Below, in pieces: positions 1 to 14,210 of a DNA stretch of 64,000 nucleotides. Both the position numbers and the translations under genes were made by a program. The stretch comes from Eledone cirrhosa (taxonomy: Eukaryota): assembly GCA_964016885.1 (NCBI GenBank), contig CAXHJY010001105.1:372001-436000 (forward strand), given 5' to 3'. The notes under the pieces were generated by a model. That model did no database searches and was not told where the DNA came from. It worked only from the letters and a program-made list of their open reading frames with translations. The first letter of the stretch is position 1. Every line of letters begins with the position of its first letter.

Positions 1-291
1 GTATATGTATGTATGTATATATGTATGTATATATATATATATACATATATATATATGTAATGTATATATATATGTATGTATGTATATATGTATGTATATA
101 TATATATATACATATATATATATGTATGTATATATATATGTATGTATATATACATATATATATGTATATATATATATACATTATTATATATGTATATATA
201 TACATATTTATATATGTATATATATACATATTTATATATGTATATATATATATATATATACATATTTATATATGATATATATACATATTTA

Positions 292-341
<50 letters not shown>

Positions 342-591
342 CATATATAGGGAGAGAGAGGCTGGAATTTTTGTGTTATTCCGACGCCCCCCCACCTTCC
401 TGTCTTCCCCCCTCTGTCTGGATATATATATATATATATATATACGCACTTATATATATATCTATCTATACATATACACTTTATTATATATATGTATATA
501 TATACTTATATAACACTTACTATTAATCATAATATATCCGTCTATCGACACGTTTATGACACTTAATCATAACTATATATATATATATATA

Positions 592-651
<60 letters not shown>

Positions 652-668
652 ACTGTATATATATATAA

Positions 669-717
<49 letters not shown>

Positions 718-734
718 ACTGTATATATATATAA

Positions 735-803
<69 letters not shown>

Positions 804-840
804 ACTGTATATATATATAAATACATATATATATATTATA

Positions 841-901
<61 letters not shown>

Positions 902-953
902 AATATATATATAAATACATATATATATATATAAATATATATATAAATACATA

Positions 954-1049
<96 letters not shown>

Positions 1050-1093
1050 CATATATAAATACATATATATATATATATAAATACATATATAAA

Positions 1094-1136
<43 letters not shown>

Positions 1137-1181
1137 CATATATAAATACATATATATATATATATAAATACATATATAAAT

Positions 1182-1273
<92 letters not shown>

Positions 1274-1432
1274 AATACATATATATATATATATATATAA
1301 ATACATATATATATATATATATATAAATACATATATATATATATATATATAAATACATATATATATATATATATATAAATACATATATATATATATATAT
1401 ATAAATACATATATATATATATATATATATAA

Positions 1433-1526
<94 letters not shown>

Positions 1527-1560
1527 TACAAATATATATATATGTATATATATAAATACA
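1..1560. repeat. (AT)n-dominated compound microsatellite
   Basis: Nearly continuous ATAT with TATG/TAAATAC interruptions. Dozens of similar tracts occur throughout the window, e.g. 21057-21740 and 22270-22875. Confidence 0.98.
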
Positions 1561-1567
1561 TATATTT

Positions 1568-1957
1568 ATACGATATTAATAAATGGAAGCTATATTTATA
1601 AAACCATATTTATTTCATTATACATATTTCAGGGATACCACATTAAATTATGGTATGCCTTCATCAGACAAAATACAATATATAATAGTTTTACAAATAG
1701 GTTTGACGTACTCTTTAAAATACAACCATTACTTTTGGAGGCTGTCAGGATATTATATTATATTGTATTTTGTCTGATGAAGGCATACCATAATTTAATG
1801 TGGTATCCCTGAAATATGTATAATGAAATAAATATGGTTTTATAAATATAGTTTCCATTTATTAATATCGTATATCTACTCCAAAAATTTGTCGAGTGCT
1901 TTATATCAGTTATAAAAATATTTACTTGTTGTATCCCAACAATTGAAATAGAACTTT

Positions 1958-1960
<3 letters not shown>
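1568..1960. mobile_element. Hammerhead-containing short element (family A), head-to-head inverted pair
   Basis: 1568-1690 is the reverse complement of ~1755-1872. Plus copy: CTGATGA (1774-1780), stem II GGcATACCA...TGGTATcCC, GAAA (1811), TATGTA-TA. Flanked by (AT)n. Confidence 0.8.
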
Positions 1961-2004
<44 letters not shown>

Positions 2005-2005
<1 letters not shown>

Positions 2006-2205
2006 TCCAGTTCCTCAGAAAAATAACACAATGGAAAAACTTGAACCGTTAAGGTATCTTTTCTTGGTTATGTCAATATTTATAAAACAAACTTTGTATT
2101 TTATCTGATGAGTGCGTACCAAAGTTTTGGTACCCTTGAAATATATATAATAGAATAAATATGGTTTTATAAATATAGTTTCCATTTATTAATATCATTG
2201 ATATA
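2005..2205 (+). mobile_element. Family A hammerhead element
   Basis: CTGATGA 2105-2111, stem II GTACC aaagtttt GGTAC, GAAA 2138, palindromic TATATA. A near-identical minus-strand copy lies at 2795-2930. Confidence 0.8.
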
Positions 2206-2226
2206 ATATATATATATATATTATAT

Positions 2227-2257
<31 letters not shown>

Positions 2258-2307
2258 TATACACATAAGGTAAGTATATACGTTCAACAATCTGGCAGGA
2301 ACGTATA

Positions 2308-2348
2308 CGTTGCTGACGATAGCTAATAAGCTTGAAACTAGTACAGCG
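2308..2348 (+). ncRNA. Minimal type I hammerhead ribozyme (family B element ~2264-2563)
   Basis: CGTTG-CTGACGA-t-AGCT-aata-AGCT-t-GAAA-CTAG-TA-CAGCG: stem I CGTTG/CAGCG, canonical core, palindromic stem III. Other copies at 59696-59736 (+) and ~26650-26690 (-). Confidence 0.8.
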
Positions 2349-2560
2349 TTCCTTTGTCAGTGTTGAACAAACGAGCAACGATGGTTGCTAGACACTGTAC
2401 GGCTTAATACGGGATGTTTGTTTACAAACACACCGAGCATTATAATAAATGTTCGGTGAATCCATACGTACATATATATATATGTGTGCATGTATGTATA
2501 TATATATATATATACATACTACTGTACGTCTGTATACATATATGTATGTACGTATACATA

Positions 2561-2612
<52 letters not shown>

Positions 2613-2696
2613 ACTAAAACTATGTTGACAATCTTAAAATAATGTCTTCCTTGTGAAATGTGTGGTCTTGTTTTGCTTAACTAATGAATATATATA

Positions 2697-2930
<234 letters not shown>

Positions 2931-2933
2931 CAG

Positions 2934-2996
<63 letters not shown>

Positions 2997-2998
<2 letters not shown>

Positions 2999-3161
2999 AA
3001 CGAGTAGGACGGCTAATTCTGGACTCAGAATTAGCCTTCGAAACGGCTTGAGCTCAGCCGTCGGGGTCCTACTCTTTCCTATTACCCACTCTACTACCCT
3101 AAGTATTGAGTACTTTGGTGCGTTATGGTCCACCTGGTTCCTTACCACATTTCCTCCGTTA
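2997..3161 (+). mobile_element. ~170-bp fold-back repeat (family C)
   Basis: Core ...AGAATTAGCCGTCGAAACGGCTTGAGCTCAGCCGTCGGGGTCC...CTTACCACATTTCCTCCGTTA recurs at 14802-14958, 15260-15400 (-), 17728-17922, 27255-27455 and 62779-62925, adjoining (TA)n. Confidence 0.8.
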
Positions 3162-3642
3162 TATATATATATATATGAGCGAATATATACATATATATAT
3201 ATATGTGTGTGTGTATTATTGGAGTTTACCCACATATATATCCTGGTAAAGATTATAGAGCTCAATGCTAATGAGTATCCTTGGTCCAGCAGTAACCCAA
3301 AAGGCTGAGGGGTTGTTCAACCTCCGACGGCTCCATTATAGTCTGTACTGGTACAACTGCAGGGCTCAACATTTTAATATATAGTGTAGTTGTACAGTGA
3401 ATTACTGGTATTGGTACTAAAGCAAGCCTTCTATACACAGGTAGAGTGTATCTATTAGAAATTATATTTGTTTAGTCACATCACCAGTCTGAAGAGCAGA
3501 CCTATAGTGGAATCGGGTCCATAACTCCTATGGGTGACCCTGAGCCAATCCTCTGCGAAACGTGCAGAGGATTGGCACAGTTCAACAGATCGATGCACAA
3601 ATATATTTTACATGTAAACGAAACTTCCTCGTTTTCTTTTCT

Positions 3643-3734
<92 letters not shown>

Positions 3735-3977
3735 TGGTAACACAACAGTTAGTTCACCATACCGAGAACAATTGTTTCACCTTAGCGGATCCTCTATCTC
3801 GTGTTATTATTTTAATTTTTTACGCTCTTTCCTACGTTCCTCTACACACTATACATCTCATTCTACATTCCCTTACATCTCTCTCTTCACCTGATTCTGT
3901 TACCCGGAGATTTACCCATCTGCATTGTTGAGGTTTCCAAAACGACCAAAAGAAAATAAATCATATATATATATATA

Positions 3978-4459
3978 TAAACGTTTGTATATGTATAATA
4001 AAGCCAACAAAATGCAGGTATGGACATAGAATAAAGAATGCAAATGCAAAAGATATTGTTGACAATTAGTCTTTTACCTTAGATTTATTTAAATGTCCTT
4101 AATTTTCGAGATAATATCTCTTCTTCAGAGGGAAGTAAAGCGGTTAAACCAGTGTTCTAAATAGCTTGCCAAGTCATGCTGACAGGAAATGGTATAGAGT
4201 ATCTGTTCTATCTCTAATGTCAGCATGCCTTGGCAAGCTATTTAGAACACTGGTTTAACCGCTTTACTTCCCTCCGAAGAAGAGATATTATCTCTAAAAT
4301 TAAGGACATTTAAATAAATCTAAGGTAAAAGACTAATTGTCAACAATATCTTTTGCATTTGCATTCTTTATTCTATGTCCATACCTGCATTTTGTTGGCT
4401 TTACAAATTCAAACGTTTATACCTCATTACACAATGCTTCAAGTGAACTATAACCTCCT

Positions 4460-4462
<3 letters not shown>
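3978..4462. mobile_element. Inverted pair of PLE pseudo-LTRs (solo, no ORF)
   Basis: ~3997-4185 and ~4218-4402 are reverse complements. The minus copy carries CTGAAGA-aGAGATAtTATCTC-GAAA-ATTA. The same sequence forms the pLTR (25271-25520) of the GIY-YIG remnant at 25826-26100. Confidence 0.8.
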
Positions 4463-4514
<52 letters not shown>

Positions 4515-4515
<1 letters not shown>

Positions 4516-4568
4516 AACATTGAGTGCTCACCTGGGTGAACCTACAGTAACTTCATGTTACACTCCCT

Positions 4569-4612
<44 letters not shown>

Positions 4613-4724
4613 AGGGAGTGTAACATGAAGTTACTGTAGGTTCACCCAGGTGAGCACTCAATGTTTAGGTTCACGTCAGTAACGAGATGTAGAGCTAGAC
4701 AGAGTGTAATATAATAATACAAGG
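4515..4724. repeat. Perfect palindrome centred on (AT)20; 3' tip of the element also seen at 40586-40950
   Basis: AAACATTGAG...CACTCCCTGG (4515-4570), (AT)n, then CCAGGGAGTG...CTCAATGTTT. Confidence 0.85.
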
Positions 4725-4915
4725 GCGGGGGATGGGCTGTATCGGTAGAGAGTTGGACGCCATGCTTTGAAGCAAAGAGTTACGCCCCTTTATGATCTGA
4801 GTTCAAATCCCGCCGAGGTTAACTTTGCCTTTCATCCTTACGGGGTCAATAAAATAAAGTACCAGTAATGTACTGTGGGTAATTGCTGGCCTTGTGCCAA
4901 AAGTAGAAACAATTA
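4725..4915 (+). mobile_element. tRNA-derived SINE
   Basis: A-box-like head, B box GAGTTCAAATCC, body TTTGCCTTTCATCCTTACGGGGTC-ATAAAATAAAGTACCAGT. ATAATACAAGG is present on both sides as a probable target-site duplication. Confidence 0.8.
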
Positions 4916-5087
4916 TAATACAAGGACTTGTTAAGACTTCATGGCGTCCGACGAGCTTGGGCCAGATATATATAGAGAGAGAGAGATAGAGAGACAGGGG
5001 TGAGTGGGAGAGAGAGAGGGAGGGAGAGAAAAGAAAGAGTGAGAGAGAGAAGGGGAGAGAGATGGTTACTGAAAACCAGAGGGTGAC

Positions 5088-6510
5088 ACACCACCACTAC
5101 ACCACTACACCACACCACTACACCAGCACACCAGCACACCACACCACAAGCCACTACACCACACCAGCTCTACACCACACCACCACCACACCACCACCAC
5201 ACCACCACCACCACACCACCACTACACCACACCACACTACCACCATCACCACTACACCAGCACACCACAAGCCACTACACCACACCACACCAGCACTACA
5301 CCACACCACCACCCACACCACACCCCAACACACTACACTACACCACACCACACCGCACCACCACCACACCACCACACAACACCACCACACTACACCACCA
5401 CACTACACCACACCACCACACCACACTACACTACACCACACCACCACACACCACCACACTACACCACACCACCACACACCACACCACACTACACTACACT
5501 ACACTACACCAACACCACCACCACCACCACTACACCACACCACAACACCACACCACACCACCACAACACCACACCACCACCACCACCACACCACCACCAC
5601 ACCACACCACACCACACCACCACAACACCACACCACACCACCACACCACACCACACCACCACCACACCACACCACCACACCACAACACCACACCACACCA
5701 CCACACCACACCACACCACCACCACACCACACCACACCACACCACACTACCACCATCACCACTACACCAGCACACCACAAGGCACTACACCACACCACCA
5801 CCCACACCACACCCCAACACACTACACTACACCACGCCACACCGCACCACCACCACACCACCACACAACACCACACCACCACACTACACTACACCACCAC
5901 ACTACACCACACCACCACACCACACTACACTACACCACACACCACCACACCACCACACACCACACCACACTACACTACACTACACTACACCAACACCACA
6001 CCACCACAACACCACACCACGCCATCACAACACCACACCACACCACACCACCACCACCACACCACCACCACCACACCACCACCACACCACACTACGCTAC
6101 ACCACACTACACTACACTACACTACACCAACACCACACCACCACAACACCACACCACGCCACCACAACACCACACTACCACCACCACACCACACTACCAC
6201 CACCACACCACCACCACCACCACCACCACACCACCACACTACACCACACCACCACACACCACACTACACTACACTACACTACACCAACACCACACCACCA
6301 CCACAAGCCACTACACCACACCACAACACCACACCACACCACCACAACACCACACCACACTACCACCACCACACCACACCACCACCACAACACCACACCA
6401 CCACCACACCACACCACCACCACCACCACACCACCACCAAACCACACCACACCACCACAATACCACCACCACACCACACCACACCACACCACACCACACC
6501 ACCACACCAT
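5088..6510. repeat. (CAC/CACCA)n degenerate low-complexity repeat
   Basis: Continuous C/A-rich tri- and pentanucleotide repeat; it accounts for the spurious 578-aa His/Thr/Pro ORF. Confidence 0.95.
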
Positions 6511-6629
6511 CCGCCATATTTAACAAGCCGACCACGTCACGATATAATCACAGTTTACGATCCAACCTTTGGCAAGTCTTTCCACTCAACACACTTGGAA
6601 TATATATTACAGGAGGGGGGGGGGGATAC

Positions 6630-7276
6630 GTGTGTTGATGTGTGTGTGTGTGTACGTGTGTGTGTGTGTGTGTTTGTACGTGTGTGTGTGTGTGTGTGTG
6701 TTTGTACGTGTGTGTGTGTATATGAGTACGTGTGTGTATGTGTGTGTGCGTTTTTGTGTGTGTGTATGTGTGTGTGTTTGTGGGTTGATGTGTGTTGATG
6801 CGTGTATACGTGTGTATGTATGTGTGTGTGTGTACGTATATGTGTGTTTGTACGCGTGTGTGTGTATATGTGTGCATGTGTGTGTGTTTGTACGTGTGTG
6901 TGTGTTTGTGGGTTGATGTGTGTGTGTACGCGTGTGTGTGTCAGTTTGTTAATGTATGTTTGTGTGTGTATGTGTGTGCTTTACGTGTGTAGGTGTTTGT
7001 GTATGTGTGTATGTGTTGGTTTGTCTGTGTATGTGTGTGTGTGTTTATGTGTTGGCTTGTGTGTGTGTGTCTGTATATGTTGGTTTGTGTGTGTGTATGT
7101 GTTGTCTTGTGTGTGTGTGGTTATGTGTTGGCTTGTGTGTGTGTCTGTGCTGGTTTGTGTGTGTGTGTATGTATTGTCTTGTCTGTGTGTGTGTGGTTAT
7201 GTGTTGGCTTGTGTGTGTATGTGTTGATTTGTGTGTGTGTGTATGCGTTGGTTTGTGTGTATGTGTGTATGTGTTG

Positions 7277-7310
<34 letters not shown>

Positions 7311-7849
7311 TGGTTTGTGTGTGTGTGTATGCGTTGGTTTGTGTGTATGTGTGTGTGTATGTGTTGGTTTGTGTGTGTGTGTGTGTGTGTATGTGTTGGT
7401 TTGTGTGTGTGTGTGTGTGTATGTGTTGGTTTGTGTATATGTGTGTATATACGTCTGTGTGTGTGTCTATGTGTCTATATATATATATCTATGTATGTAT
7501 GTGTCTATATATATATATCTATGTATGTATGTGTCTATATATATATATATATGTATGTCTATGTGTCTATATATCTATATCTATGTATGTATGTGTCTAT
7601 ATATATATATATATGTATGTATATGTGTCTATATATATATATATATATGTATGTATATGTGTCTATATATATATATCTATGTATGTATGTGTCTATATAT
7701 ATATATCTATGTATGTATGTGTCTATATATATATATATATGTATGTATGTGTCTATATATATCTATATCTATGTATGTATGTGTCTATATATATATATAT
7801 ATGTATGTATATGTGTCTATATATATATATATCTATGTATGTATGTGTC

Positions 7850-7880
<31 letters not shown>

Positions 7881-7885
7881 ATGTA
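6630..7885. repeat. Compound (GT)n/(AT)n microsatellite
   Basis: GT runs with TGTTGGTT and GTCTAT interruptions grading into AT runs. Confidence 0.95.
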
Positions 7886-7919
7886 AATTTATGATCCTTT
7901 CTCGAGTTTATTCACGTCT

Positions 7920-10900
7920 GTGTAGGTATGTGTAGCTGTGTGTGTAGGTATGTGTAGCTGTGTGTGTAGCTGTGTGTGTGTGTGTGTGTGTGTGTCTATG
8001 TATGTGTAGCTGTGTGTGTGTGTAGGTATGTGTAGCTGTGTGTCTAGGTATGTGTAGCTGTGTGTCTAGGTATGTGTAGCTGTGTGTGTGTGTAGGTATG
8101 TGTAGCTGTGTGTGTGTGTAGGTATGTGTAGCTGTGTGTGTGTGTAGGTATGTGTAGCTGTGTGTGTGTGTAGGTATGTGTAGCTGTGTGTGTGTGTCTA
8201 GGTATGTGTAGCTGTGTGTGTGTCTAGGTATGTGTAGCTGTGTGTGTGTCTAGGTATGTGTAGCTGTGTGTGTGTCTAGGTATGTGTAGCTGTGTGTGTG
8301 TGTAGGTATGTGTAGCTGTGTGTGTGTGTCTAGGTATGTGTAGCTGTGTGTGTGTGTCTAGGTATGTGTAGCTGTGTGTGTGTCTAGGTATGTGTAGCTG
8401 TGAGTGTGTGTGTGTAGGTATGTGTAGCTGTGTGTGTGTGTGTGTCTAGGTATGTGTAGCTGTGTGTGTGTGTGTGTCTAGGTATGTGTAGCTGTGTGTG
8501 TGTGTCTAGGTATGTGTAGTTGTGTGTGTGTGTAGGTATGTGTAGCTGTGTGTGTGTGTCTAGGTATGTGTAGCGGTGTGTGTGTGTAGGTATGTGTAGC
8601 TGTGTGTGTGTGTCTAGGTATGTGTAGCTGTGTGTGTGTCTAGGTATGTGTAGCTGTGTGTGTGTGTCTAGGTATGTGTAGCTGTGAGTGTGTGTGTGTA
8701 GGTATGTGTAGCTGTGTGTGTGTGTCTAGGTATGTGTAGCTGTGTGTGTGTCTAGGTATGTGTAGCTGTGTGTGTGTCTAGGTATGTGTAGCTGTGTGTG
8801 TGTGTAGGTATGTGTAGCTGTGTGTGTGTCTAGGTATGTGTAGCTGTGTGTGTGTGTCTAGGTATGTGTAGCTGTGTGTGTGTCTAGGTATGTGTAGCTG
8901 TGTGTGTGTCTAGGTATGTGTAGCTGTGTGTGTGTCTAGGTATGTGTAGCTGTGTGTCTAGGTATGTGTAGCTGTGTGTCTAGGTATGTGTAGCTGTGTG
9001 TGTGTAGGTATGTGTAGCTGTGTGTGTGTCTAGGTATGTGTAGCTGTGTGTGTGTGTAGGTATGTGTAGCTGTGTGTGTGTCTAGGTATGTGTAGCTGTG
9101 TGTCTAGGTATGTGTAGCTGTGTGTCTAGGTATGTGTAGCTGTGTGTGTGTAGGTATGTGTAGCTGTGTGTGTGTCTAGGTATGTGTAGCTGTGTGTGTG
9201 TCTAGGTATGTGTAGCTGTGTGTGTGTGTCTAGGTATGTGTAGCTGTGTGTGTGTCTAGGTATGTGTAGCTGTGTGTGTGTCTAGGTATGTGTGTGTGTG
9301 TGTGTGTAGGTATGTGTAGCTGTGTGTGTGTGTCTAGGTATGTGTAGCTGTGAGTGTAGGTATGTGTAGCTGTGTGTGTGTGTAGGTATGTGTAGCTGTG
9401 TGTGTGTAGGTATGTGTAGCTGTGTGTGTGTCTCTAGGTATGTGTAGCTGTGTGTGTAGGTATGTGTAGCTGTGTGTGTGTGTAGGTATGTGTAGCTGTG
9501 TGTGTGTGTAGGTATGTGTAGCTGTGTGTGTGTCTAGGTATGTGTAGCTGTGTGTGTGTGTCTAGGTATGTGTAGCTGTGTGTGTGTCTAGGTATGTGTA
9601 GCTGTGTGTGTGTCTAGGTATGTGTAGCTGTGTGTGTGTCTAGGTATGTGTAGCTGTGTGTGTGTGTCTAGGTATGTGTAGCTGTGAGTGTGTGTGTGTA
9701 GGTATGTGTAGCTGTGTGTGTGTCTCTAGGTATGTGTAGCTGTGTGTGTAGGTATGTGTAGCTGTGTGTGTGTGTAGGTATGTGTAGCTGTGTGTGTGTG
9801 TAGGTATGTGTAGCTGTGTGTGTGTCTAGGTATGTGTAGCTGTGTGTGTGTGTCTAGGTATGTGTAGCTGTGTGTGTGTCTAGGTATGTGTAGCTGTGTG
9901 TGTGTCTAGGTATGTGTAGCTGTGTGTGTGTGTCTAGGTATGTGTAGCTGTGTGTGTGTGTCTAGGTATGTGTAGCTGTGTGTGTGTCTAGGTATGTGTA
10001 GCTGTGTGTGTGTCTAGGTATGTGTAGCTGTGTGTGTGTGTCTAGGTATGTGTAGCTGTGTGTGTGTCTAGGTATGTGTAGCTGTGTGTGTGTGTAGGTA
10101 TGTGTAGCTGTGTGTGTGTCTAGGTATGTGTAGCTGTGTGTGTGTGTCTAGGTATGTGTAGCTGTGTGTGTGTGTAGGTATGTGTAGCTGTGTGTGTGTC
10201 TAGGTATGTGTAGCTGTGTGTGTGTCTAGGTATGTGTAGCTGTGTGTGTGTCTAGGTATGTGTGTGTGTGTGTGTGTAGGTATGTGTAGCTGTGTGTGTG
10301 TGTCTAGGTATGTGTAGCTGTGAGTGTGTGTGTGTAGGTATGTGTAGCTGTGTGTGTGTCTCTAGGTATGTGTAGCTGTGTGTGTAGGTATGTGTAGCTG
10401 TGTGTGTGTGTAGGTATGTGTAGCTGTGTGTGTGTGTAGGTATGTGTAGCTGTGTGTGTGTCTAGGTATGTGTAGCTGTGTGTGTGTGTCTAGGTATGTG
10501 TAGCTGTGTGTGTGTGTAGGTATGTGTAGCTGTGTGTGTGTGTCTAGGTATGTGTAGCTGTGTGTGTGTGTAGGTACGTGTAGCTGTGTGTGTGTCTAGG
10601 TATGTGTAGCTGTGTGTGTGTGTCTAGGTATGTGTAGCTGTGTGTGTGTGTCTAGGTATGTGTAGCTGTGTGTGTGTCTAGGTATGTGTAGCTGTGTGTG
10701 TGTTTAGGTATGTGTAGCTGTGTGTGTGTCTAGGTATGTGTAGCTGTGTGTGTGTGTAGGTATGTGTAGCTGTGTGTGTGTCTAGGTATGTGTAGCTGTG
10801 TGTGTGTGTAGGTATGTGTAGCTGTGTGTGTGTGTAGGTATGTGTAGCTGTGTGTGTGTAGGTATGTGTAGCTGTGTGTGTGTGTGTAGGTATGTGTAGC

Positions 10901-11510
10901 TGTGTGTGTGTAGGTATGTGTAGCGGTGTGTGTGTGTAGGTATGTGTAGCTGTGTGTGTGTGTCTAGGTATGTGTAGCTGTGTGTGTGTGTGTAGGTATG
11001 TGTAGCTGTGTGTGTGTGTGTGTCTAGGTATGTGTAGCTGTGTGTGTGTGTCTAGGTATGTGTAGCTGTGTGTGTGTGTAGGTATGTGTAGCTGTGAGTG
11101 TGTGTGTCTAGGTATGTGTAGCTGTGTGTGTGTGTCTAGGTATGTGTAGCTGTGTGTGTGTGTCTAGGTATGTGTAGCTGTGTGTGTGTGTAGGTATGTG
11201 TAGCTGTGTGTGTGTCTAGTTATGTGTAGCTGTGTGTGTGTGTGTCTAGGTATGTGTAGCTGTGTGTGTGTGTGTGTGTAGGTATGTGTAGCTGTGTGTG
11301 TGTGTCTAGGTATGTGTAGCTGTGTGTGTGTGTCTAGGTATGTGTAGCTGTGTGTGTGTGTAGGTATGTGTAGCTGTGTGTGTGTGTCTAGGTATGTGTA
11401 GCTGTGTGTGTGTCTAGGTATGTGTAGCTGTGTGTGTGTGTGTAGGTATGTGTGTGTGTAGGTGTGTGTAGGTATGTGTGTGTGTAGGTGTGTGTAGGTA
11501 TGTGTAGCCG
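7920..11510. repeat. Minisatellite, unit TAGGTATGTGTAGC(TG)n[TC], ~24-32 bp
   Basis: More than 100 tandem copies of a fixed core separated by variable-length TG runs. Confidence 0.97.
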
Positions 11511-11862
11511 TGTGTGTGTGAATATATATGTGCGTATGTCTGTATGCGGGTATATGTGTATTTGTCTGCGTGTGAGTATGTGTGTGTGAGATATATATAT
11601 ATATATAAGTGCGTGCGTCTATAAATAAATAGAGAGAGGGAGTGGGGAGGAGAGAGAGAGAATGAGAGAGTGAAAAGGAGAGAGAATGGTGGGGAGGGTG
11701 AGAGTAGGGAGGGAGGAGGGGGGACTGACAGGGAGTAAAAACACGTAAGGTTCCTTTATATATTGCAGTCCATAAGTAGTATATCGTGGCCCCAGATAAT
11801 TGATAGGGTCATCGATTGGGCAGTTTTGTTGAAATATGACCCCTTGGAGTGAAGGGAAATTT

Positions 11863-13610
11863 ACAGCTCACACCTATGTATTTTTAGCTGACCTCCTACA
11901 AGGTTTCTACGGTGTTTTAATGATAGGGACCCCAGTCCTATCATGTTGTTACAGCTCACACCTATATAGGTTTAGCTGGCCCCCTACAAGGTTGTGTCTC
12001 ATAGGAGGTGTCTGGGGTGTTTTAATGATAGGGACCCCAGTCCTATCATGTTGTTACAGCTCACACCTATATAGGTTTAGCTGGCCCCCTACAAGGTTGT
12101 GTCTCATAGGAGGTGTCTGGGGTGTTTTAATGATAGGGACCCCAGTCCTATCATGTTGTTACAGCTCACACCTATATAGGTTTAGCTGGCCCCCTACAAG
12201 GTTGTGTCTCATAGGAGGTGTCTGGGGTGTTTTAATGATAGGGACCCCAGTCCTATCATGTTGTTACAGCTCACACCTATATAGGTTTAGCTGGCCCCCT
12301 ACAAGGTTGTGTCTCATAGGAGGTGTCTGGGGTGTTTTAATGATAGGGACCCCAGTCCTATCATGTTGTTACAGCTCACACCTATGTAGGTTTAGCTGGC
12401 CCCCTACAAGGTTGTGTCTCATAGGAGGTGTCTGGGGTGTTTTAATGATAGGGACCCCAGTCCTATCATGTTGTTACAGCTCACACCTATATAGGTTTAG
12501 CTGGCCCCCTACAAGGTTGTGTCTCATAGGAGGTGTCTGGGGTGTTTTAATGATAGGGACCCCAGTCCTATCATGTTGTTACAGCTCACACCTATATAGG
12601 TTTAGCTGGCCCCCTACAAGGTTGTGTCTCATAGGAGGTGTCTGGGGTGTTTTAATGATAGGGACCCCAGTCCTATCATGTTGTTACAGCTCACACCTAT
12701 ATAGGTTTAGCTGGCCCCCTACAAGGTTGTGTCTCATAGGAGGTGTCTGGGGTGTTTTAATGATAGGGACCCCAGTCCTATCATGTTGTTACAGCTCACA
12801 CCTATGTAGGTTTAGCTGGCCCCCTACAAGGTTGTGTCTCATAGGAGGTGTCTGGGGTGTTTTAATGATAGGGACCCCAGTCCTATCATGTTGTTACAGC
12901 TCACACCTATATAGGTTTAGCTGGCCCCCTACAAGGTTGTGTCTCATAGGAGGTGTCTGGGGTGTTTTAATGATAGGGACCCCAGTCCTATCATGTTTTT
13001 ACAGCTCACACCTATATAGGTTTAACTGGTCTCCTACAAGGTTGTATCTCATAGGAGGTTTCTTGGGTGTTTTAATGATAGGGACCCCAGTCCTATCATG
13101 TTGTTACAGCTCACACCTATGTAGGTTTAGCTGGCCCCCTACAAGGTTGTGTCTCATAGGAGGTTTCTACGGTGTTTTAATGATAGGGACCCCAGTCCTA
13201 TCATGTTACAGCTCACACCTATGTAGGTTTAGCTGGTCTTCTACAAGGTTGTGTCTCATAGGAGGTTTCTTGGGTGTTTTAATGATAGGGACCCCAGGGC
13301 TATCATGTTGTTACAGCTCACACCTATGTAGGTTTAGCTGGCCCCCTACAAGGTTGTATCTCATAGGAGGTGTCTGGGGTGTTTTAATGATAGGGACCCC
13401 AGTCCTATCATGTTGTTACAGCTCACACCTATGTAGGTTTAGCTGGTCTCCTACAAGTTTCTATCTCATAGGAGGTGTCTGGGGTGTTTTAATGATAGGG
13501 ACCCCAGTCCTATCATGTTGTTACAGCTCACACCTATGTAGGTTTAGCTGGTCTCCTACAAGGTTGTATCTCATACGAGTTTTCTTGGGTGTTTTAATGA
13601 CAGGGACCGA
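11863..13610. repeat. 105-bp tandem satellite, ~16-17 copies
   Basis: Unit TGATAGGGACCCCAGTCCTATCATGTTGTTACAGCTCACACCTATATAGGTTTAGCTGG...GGGGTGTTTTAA. Central copies are near-identical and right-hand copies are diverged. Confidence 0.97.
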
Positions 13611-13882
13611 GATACTTGAACTTCTCTACCTGCTTCAGTGGAACTCCATTCACATGTAGAGTACACTGCGCAGGCTACCCTGAGAAGACGAGTGTCTCAG
13701 TTTTCCCAGCACTGATTTTCATTCCAGCCATGCAGCACTTGGTATCAAACCTATGAAGGACATGGTGTTACTTATTGAGTTAAGTAACACCATGTCATCT
13801 GTAAATTTTACACATACCTCCCTTCTTCTGATTACTGAAGCTGGCGCATTACTGGACCAGCTCCTGCAATCCCTACATTTAA

Positions 13883-14030
13883 CCCTTTAGCATTTAAACC
13901 AGCCATATCCAGCTAGAATTCTCTCACCTGTTTCTGTTCAAACCGGCTGTAACTGGCCACTCATACTGATGTTAAGGTATTGTTCTTAAAATAAACCATA
14001 TCAAAATCTCATAGATTTGATATTATTTCT
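13883..14030 (+). mobile_element. Left end of piggyBac-like MITE
   Basis: TTAA|CCCTTTAGCATTTAAA...; alignable to 27677-27820 (CTGTAACTGG, CTGATGTTAAGGTATTGTTCT, CAAAATCTCATAGATT). Confidence 0.6.
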
Positions 14031-14106
14031 GGAATCGAACTTCCGACATTATGATTGTAAGTTCACGTGACTCCACACACACACATAGACACATACACAC
14101 ACACAT

Positions 14107-14210
<104 letters not shown>

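Noticed and set aside
5062-6798. 578-aa His/Thr/Pro-rich ORF (also 54904-56535 and 55104-56285) as mucin- or extensin-like proteins
   Set aside because: Degenerate CAC repeats open in several frames, running into GT microsatellite; no signal peptide or splice support.
11836-13659. 607-aa repeat protein
   Set aside because: A by-product of a stop-free 105-bp unit; no recognisable domain.
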